DNA from: the human T2T-CHM13v2.0 reference genome, Homo sapiens
Assembly: GCF_009914755.1 (NCBI RefSeq)
Contig: NC_060925.1
Strand: one strand, 5' to 3'
DNA: 64,000 bases
A model generated the notes under the pieces. That model searched no databases. It worked only from the letters and a program-made list of their open reading frames with translations, and had not been told where the DNA came from. Made by a program: the position numbers and the translations under genes. This document shows, piece after piece, positions 60,501 to 64,000 of the stretch (the stretch's first letter is position 1; every line of letters begins with the position of its first letter).

Positions 60501-61290
60501 AATGAATGGAATCGTCATAGAATGGAATCGAATGGATTCATTGAATGGAATCAGATGGAATCATCGAATGGACTGGAATGGAATCATTGAATGGACTCGA
60601 AAGGGATCATGATTGAATGGAATTGAATGGAATCATCGAATGGTCTCGATTGGAATCATTATCAAATGGAATCGAATGAAATCACCGAATAGAATCGAAT
60701 GGAACAATCATCGAATGGACTCAAATGGAATTATCCTCAAATGGAATCGAATGGAATTATCGAATGCAATCCAATGGAATTATCGAATGCAATCGAATAG
60801 AATCATCGAATGGACTCGAATGGAATCATCGAATGGAATGGAATGGAACAGTCAATGAACTCGAATGGAATCATCATTGAATGGAATCGAATGGAATCAT
60901 CGAGTGGAATCGAATGGAATTATGATCAAATGGAATCGAATGTAATCATCATCAAATGGAATCAAAAATAACCATCATCAATTGGTATTGAATGGAATTG
61001 TCATCAAATGGAATTCAAAGGAATCATCATCAAATGGAACCGAATGGAATCCTCATTGAATGGAAATGAAAGGGGTCATCATCTAATGGAATCGCATGGA
61101 ATCATCATCAAATGGAATCGAATGGAATCATCATCAAATGGAATCTAATGGAATCATTGAACAGAATTGAATGGAATCGTCATCGAATGAATTGAATGCA
61201 ATCATCGAATGGTCTCGAATGGAATCATCTTCTAATGGAAAGGAATGGAATCATCGCATAGAATCGAATGGAATTATCATCGAATGGAAT
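50130..61290. repeat. Duplication with 5700-bp offset (1308+1308+1776+1308)
   Basis: Anchors 50275/55975, 51583/57283, 52891/58591 and 54667/60367 are each 5700 apart. They share TGGGACAGTC (~50752/56452), GATTAAAATC (~51645/57345), TTACCAAATG (~53183/58883) and CCATGTACTC (~53923/59623). Confidence 0.85.
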
Positions 61291-64000
61291 CGAATGGTAT
61301 CAACAGCAAACGGAAAAAAACGGAGTTACCGAATGGAATCGAAGAGAATCTTCGAACGGACCCGAATGGAATCATCTAATGGAATGGAATGGAATAATCC
61401 ATGGACTCGAATGCAATCATCATCGAATGGAATCGAATGGAATCATCGAATGGACTCGAATGGAATAATCATTGAACGGAATCGAATGGAATCATCATCG
61501 GATGGAAACGAATGGAATCATCATCGAATGGAAATGAAAGGAGTCATCATCTAATGGAATTGCATGGAATCATCATAAAATGGAATCGAATGGAATCAAC
61601 ATCAAATGGAATCAAATGGAATCATTGAACGGAATTGAATGGAATCGTCATCGAATGAATTGAATGCAATCATCGAATGGTCTCGAATGGAATCATCTTC
61701 TAATGGAAAGGAATGGAATCATCGCATAGAATCGAATGGAATTATCATCGAATGGAATCGAATGGTATCAACAGCAAACGGAAAAAAACGGAGTTATCGA
61801 ATGGAATCGAAGAGAATCTTCGAACGGACCCGAATGGAATCATCTAATGGAATGGAATGAAATAATCCATGGACTCGAATGCAATCATCATCGAATGGAA
61901 TCGAATGGAATCATCGAATGGACTCGAATGGAATAATCATTGAACGGAATCGAATGGAATCATCATCGGATGGAAATGAATGGAATCATCATCGAATGGA
62001 ATCGAATAGAATTATGGAATGAAATCCAGTGTGATCATCATCGAATGGACCCGAATGGAATCATCATCCAACGGAAGCTAATGGAATCAACATCGAATGA
62101 ATCGAATGGAAACACCATCGAATTGAAACGAATGGAATTATCATGAAATTGAAATGGATGGACACATCATCGAATGGATTCGAATGGAATCATCGAATAA
62201 AATTGATTGAAATCATCATCAAATGGAATCGAATGGTATCATTGAATGGAATCGAATGGAATCATCCTCAGATGGAAATGAATGGAATCGTCATAGAATG
62301 GAATCGAATGGATTCATTGAATGGAATCAGATGGAATCATCGAATGGACTGGAATGGAATCATTGAATGGACTCGAAAGGGATCATTATTGAATGGAATT
62401 GAATGGAATCATCGAATGGTCTCGATTGGAATCATTATCAAATGGAATCGAATGGAATCACCGAATAGAATCGAATGGAACAATCATCGAATGGACTCAA
62501 ATGGAATTATCCTCAAATGGAATCGAATGGAATTATCGAATGCAATCGAATGGAATTATCGAATGCAATCGAATAGAATCATCGAATGGACTCGAATGGA
62601 ATCATCGAATGGAATGGAATGGAACAGTCAATGAACTCGAATGGAATCATCATTGAATGGAATCGAATGGAATCATCGAGTGGAATCGAATGGAATTATG
62701 ATCAAATGGAATCGAATGTAATCATCATCAAATGGAATCAAAAATAACCATCATCAATTGGTATTGAATGGAATTGTCATCAAATGGAATTCAAAGGAAT
62801 CATCATCAAATGGAACCGAATGGAATCCTCATTGAATGGAAATGAAAGGGGTCATCATCTAATGGAATCGCATGGAATCATCATCAAATGGAATCGAATG
62901 GAATCATCATCAAATGGAATCTAATGGAATCATTGAACAGAATTGAATGGAATCGTCATCGAATGAATTGAATGCAATCATCGAATGGTCTCGAATGGAA
63001 TCATCTTCTAATGGAAAGGAATGGAATCATCGCATAGAATCGAATGGAATTATCATCGAATGGAATCGAATGGAATCAACATCAAACGGAAAAAAACGGA
63101 ATTATCGAATGGAATCGAAGAGAATCATCGAATGGACCCGAATGGAATCATCTAATGGAATGGAATGGAATAATCCATGGACTCGAATGCAATCATCATC
63201 GAATGGAATCGAATGGAATCATCGAATGGACTCGAATGGAATAATCATTGAACGGAATCGAATGGAATCATCATCGGATGGAAATGAATGGAATCATCAT
63301 GGAATGGAATCGAATAGAATTATGGAATGAAATCCAGTGTGATCATCATCGAATGGACCCGAATGGAATCATCATCCAACGGAAGCTAATGGAATCAACA
63401 TCGAATGAATCGAATGGAAACACCATCGAATTGAAACGAATGGAATTATCATGAAATTGAAATGGATGGACTCATCATCGAATGGATTCGAATGGAATCA
63501 TCGAATAAAATTGATTGAAATCATCATCCAATGGAATCGAATGGTATCATTGAATGGAATCGAATGGAATCATCATCAGATGGAAATGAATGGAATCGTC
63601 ATAGAATGGAATCGAATGGATTCATTGAATGGAATCAGATGGAATCATCGAATGGACTGGAATGGAATCATTGAATGGACTCGAAAGGGATCATGATTGA
63701 ATGGAATTGAATGGAATCATCGAATGGTCTCGATTGGAATCATTATCAAATGGAATCGAATGGAATCACCGAATAGAATCGAATGGAACAATCATCGAAT
63801 GGACTCAAATGGAATTATCCTCAAATGGAATCGAATGGAATTATCGAATGCAATCGAATGGAATTATCGAATGCAATCGAATAGAATCATCGAAAGGACT
63901 CGAATGGAATCATCGAATGGAATGGAATGGAATAGTCAATGAACTCGAATGGAATCATCATTGAATGGAATCGAATGGAATCATCGAGTGGAATCGAATG

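Larger units (their letters stand above)
37471..63450. repeat. Nine 1308-bp deletion-variant units (starts 37471, 42331, 47191, 50275, 51583, 54667, 55975, 57283, 62143)
   Basis: Anchor spacing is 1308 = 1776-468. Each of these units has a single fused sub-copy with an A-type start and a B-type end. Confidence 0.92.
1..64000. repeat. Human satellite II (HSat2/HSATII) tandem array, 1.77-kb chr1q12-type unit, GGAAT-strand orientation throughout
   Basis: Seen: the window consists of ATCATCGAATGGAATCGAATGGA-type degenerate pentamer repeats with dense TCGA, and unique anchors recur every 1776 bp. Established: CATTCGATTC-rich diverged (CATTC)n sequence defines HSat2, whereas HSat3 has long clean (CATTC)n runs; a 1.77-kb EcoRI repeat is the classical chr1q12 satellite. 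Inference: location on chr1. Confidence 0.96.

Noticed and set aside
157-63964. Hundreds of 60-163 aa ORFs (MESSSNE..., MKLKWMD..., MELSSNG...)
   Set aside because: They are translations of the GGAAT/CATC repeat in overlapping frames, have low-complexity W/N/G/I/E/M content, show no domain I recognise, and are broken at random by stops and frameshifts (e.g. 17174, 61860, 6755-7139).
1-64000. All ORFs lie on the + strand
   Set aside because: This is explained by composition: the frequent TCA in (ATC)n and GAATCA reads as TGA stops on the minus strand.
1-64000. CRISPR-like repeat/spacer appearance of 23-26-bp repeats
   Set aside because: There are no unique spacers, leader or cas genes; the intervening sequence is itself degenerate satellite repeated in every unit.
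1-64000. HSat3 assignment
   Set aside because: Clean (GGAAT)n runs are only about 3 copies long and the sequence is dominated by CATCGAATGGAATCGAAT, which is typical of HSat2.
1-64000. Inversion, or embedded Alu/L1/unique sequence
   Set aside because: I saw no CATTC-strand segment or non-satellite stretch, and all anchor spacings are accounted for by satellite-internal indels.

Overview
The whole 64-kb window is one uninterrupted, single-orientation array of classical human satellite II (HSat2/HSATII), read on the GGAAT strand. It is built from diverged (GAATG/GAATC/CATC) 23-26-bp sub-repeats rich in TCGA. The dominant unit is 1776 bp with one EcoRI site, which matches the 1.77-kb chr1q12-type HSat2 (D1Z1/pUC1.77-like); the chromosome assignment is an inference. 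Using the anchor ATGAAATTGAAATGG I count 38 complete units plus partial ends: 27 of 1774-1777 bp, 9 of 1308 bp, one of 2072 bp and one of 1500 bp. Each full unit carries an internal 468-bp tandem duplication (A and B copies), and the 1308-bp units have lost exactly one such copy. I find no genes, RNA genes, transposons or CRISPR arrays, and all listed ORFs are by-products of the repeat. I do not see a new gene system. What is interesting is the readable record of array evolution: (1) a diverged, rearranged island at ~8-13 kb; (2) nested higher-order duplications of 5329, 5328, 4860, 3084 and 5700 bp; (3) a switch of variant pool at ~34 kb; (4) two distinct junction types for the 1308-bp unit; (5) reciprocal A<->B conversion tracts; (6) a length-neutral 26-bp register shift; and (7) DUX4-like motifs whose number varies between units. 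All comparisons were made by eye and need computational confirmation.
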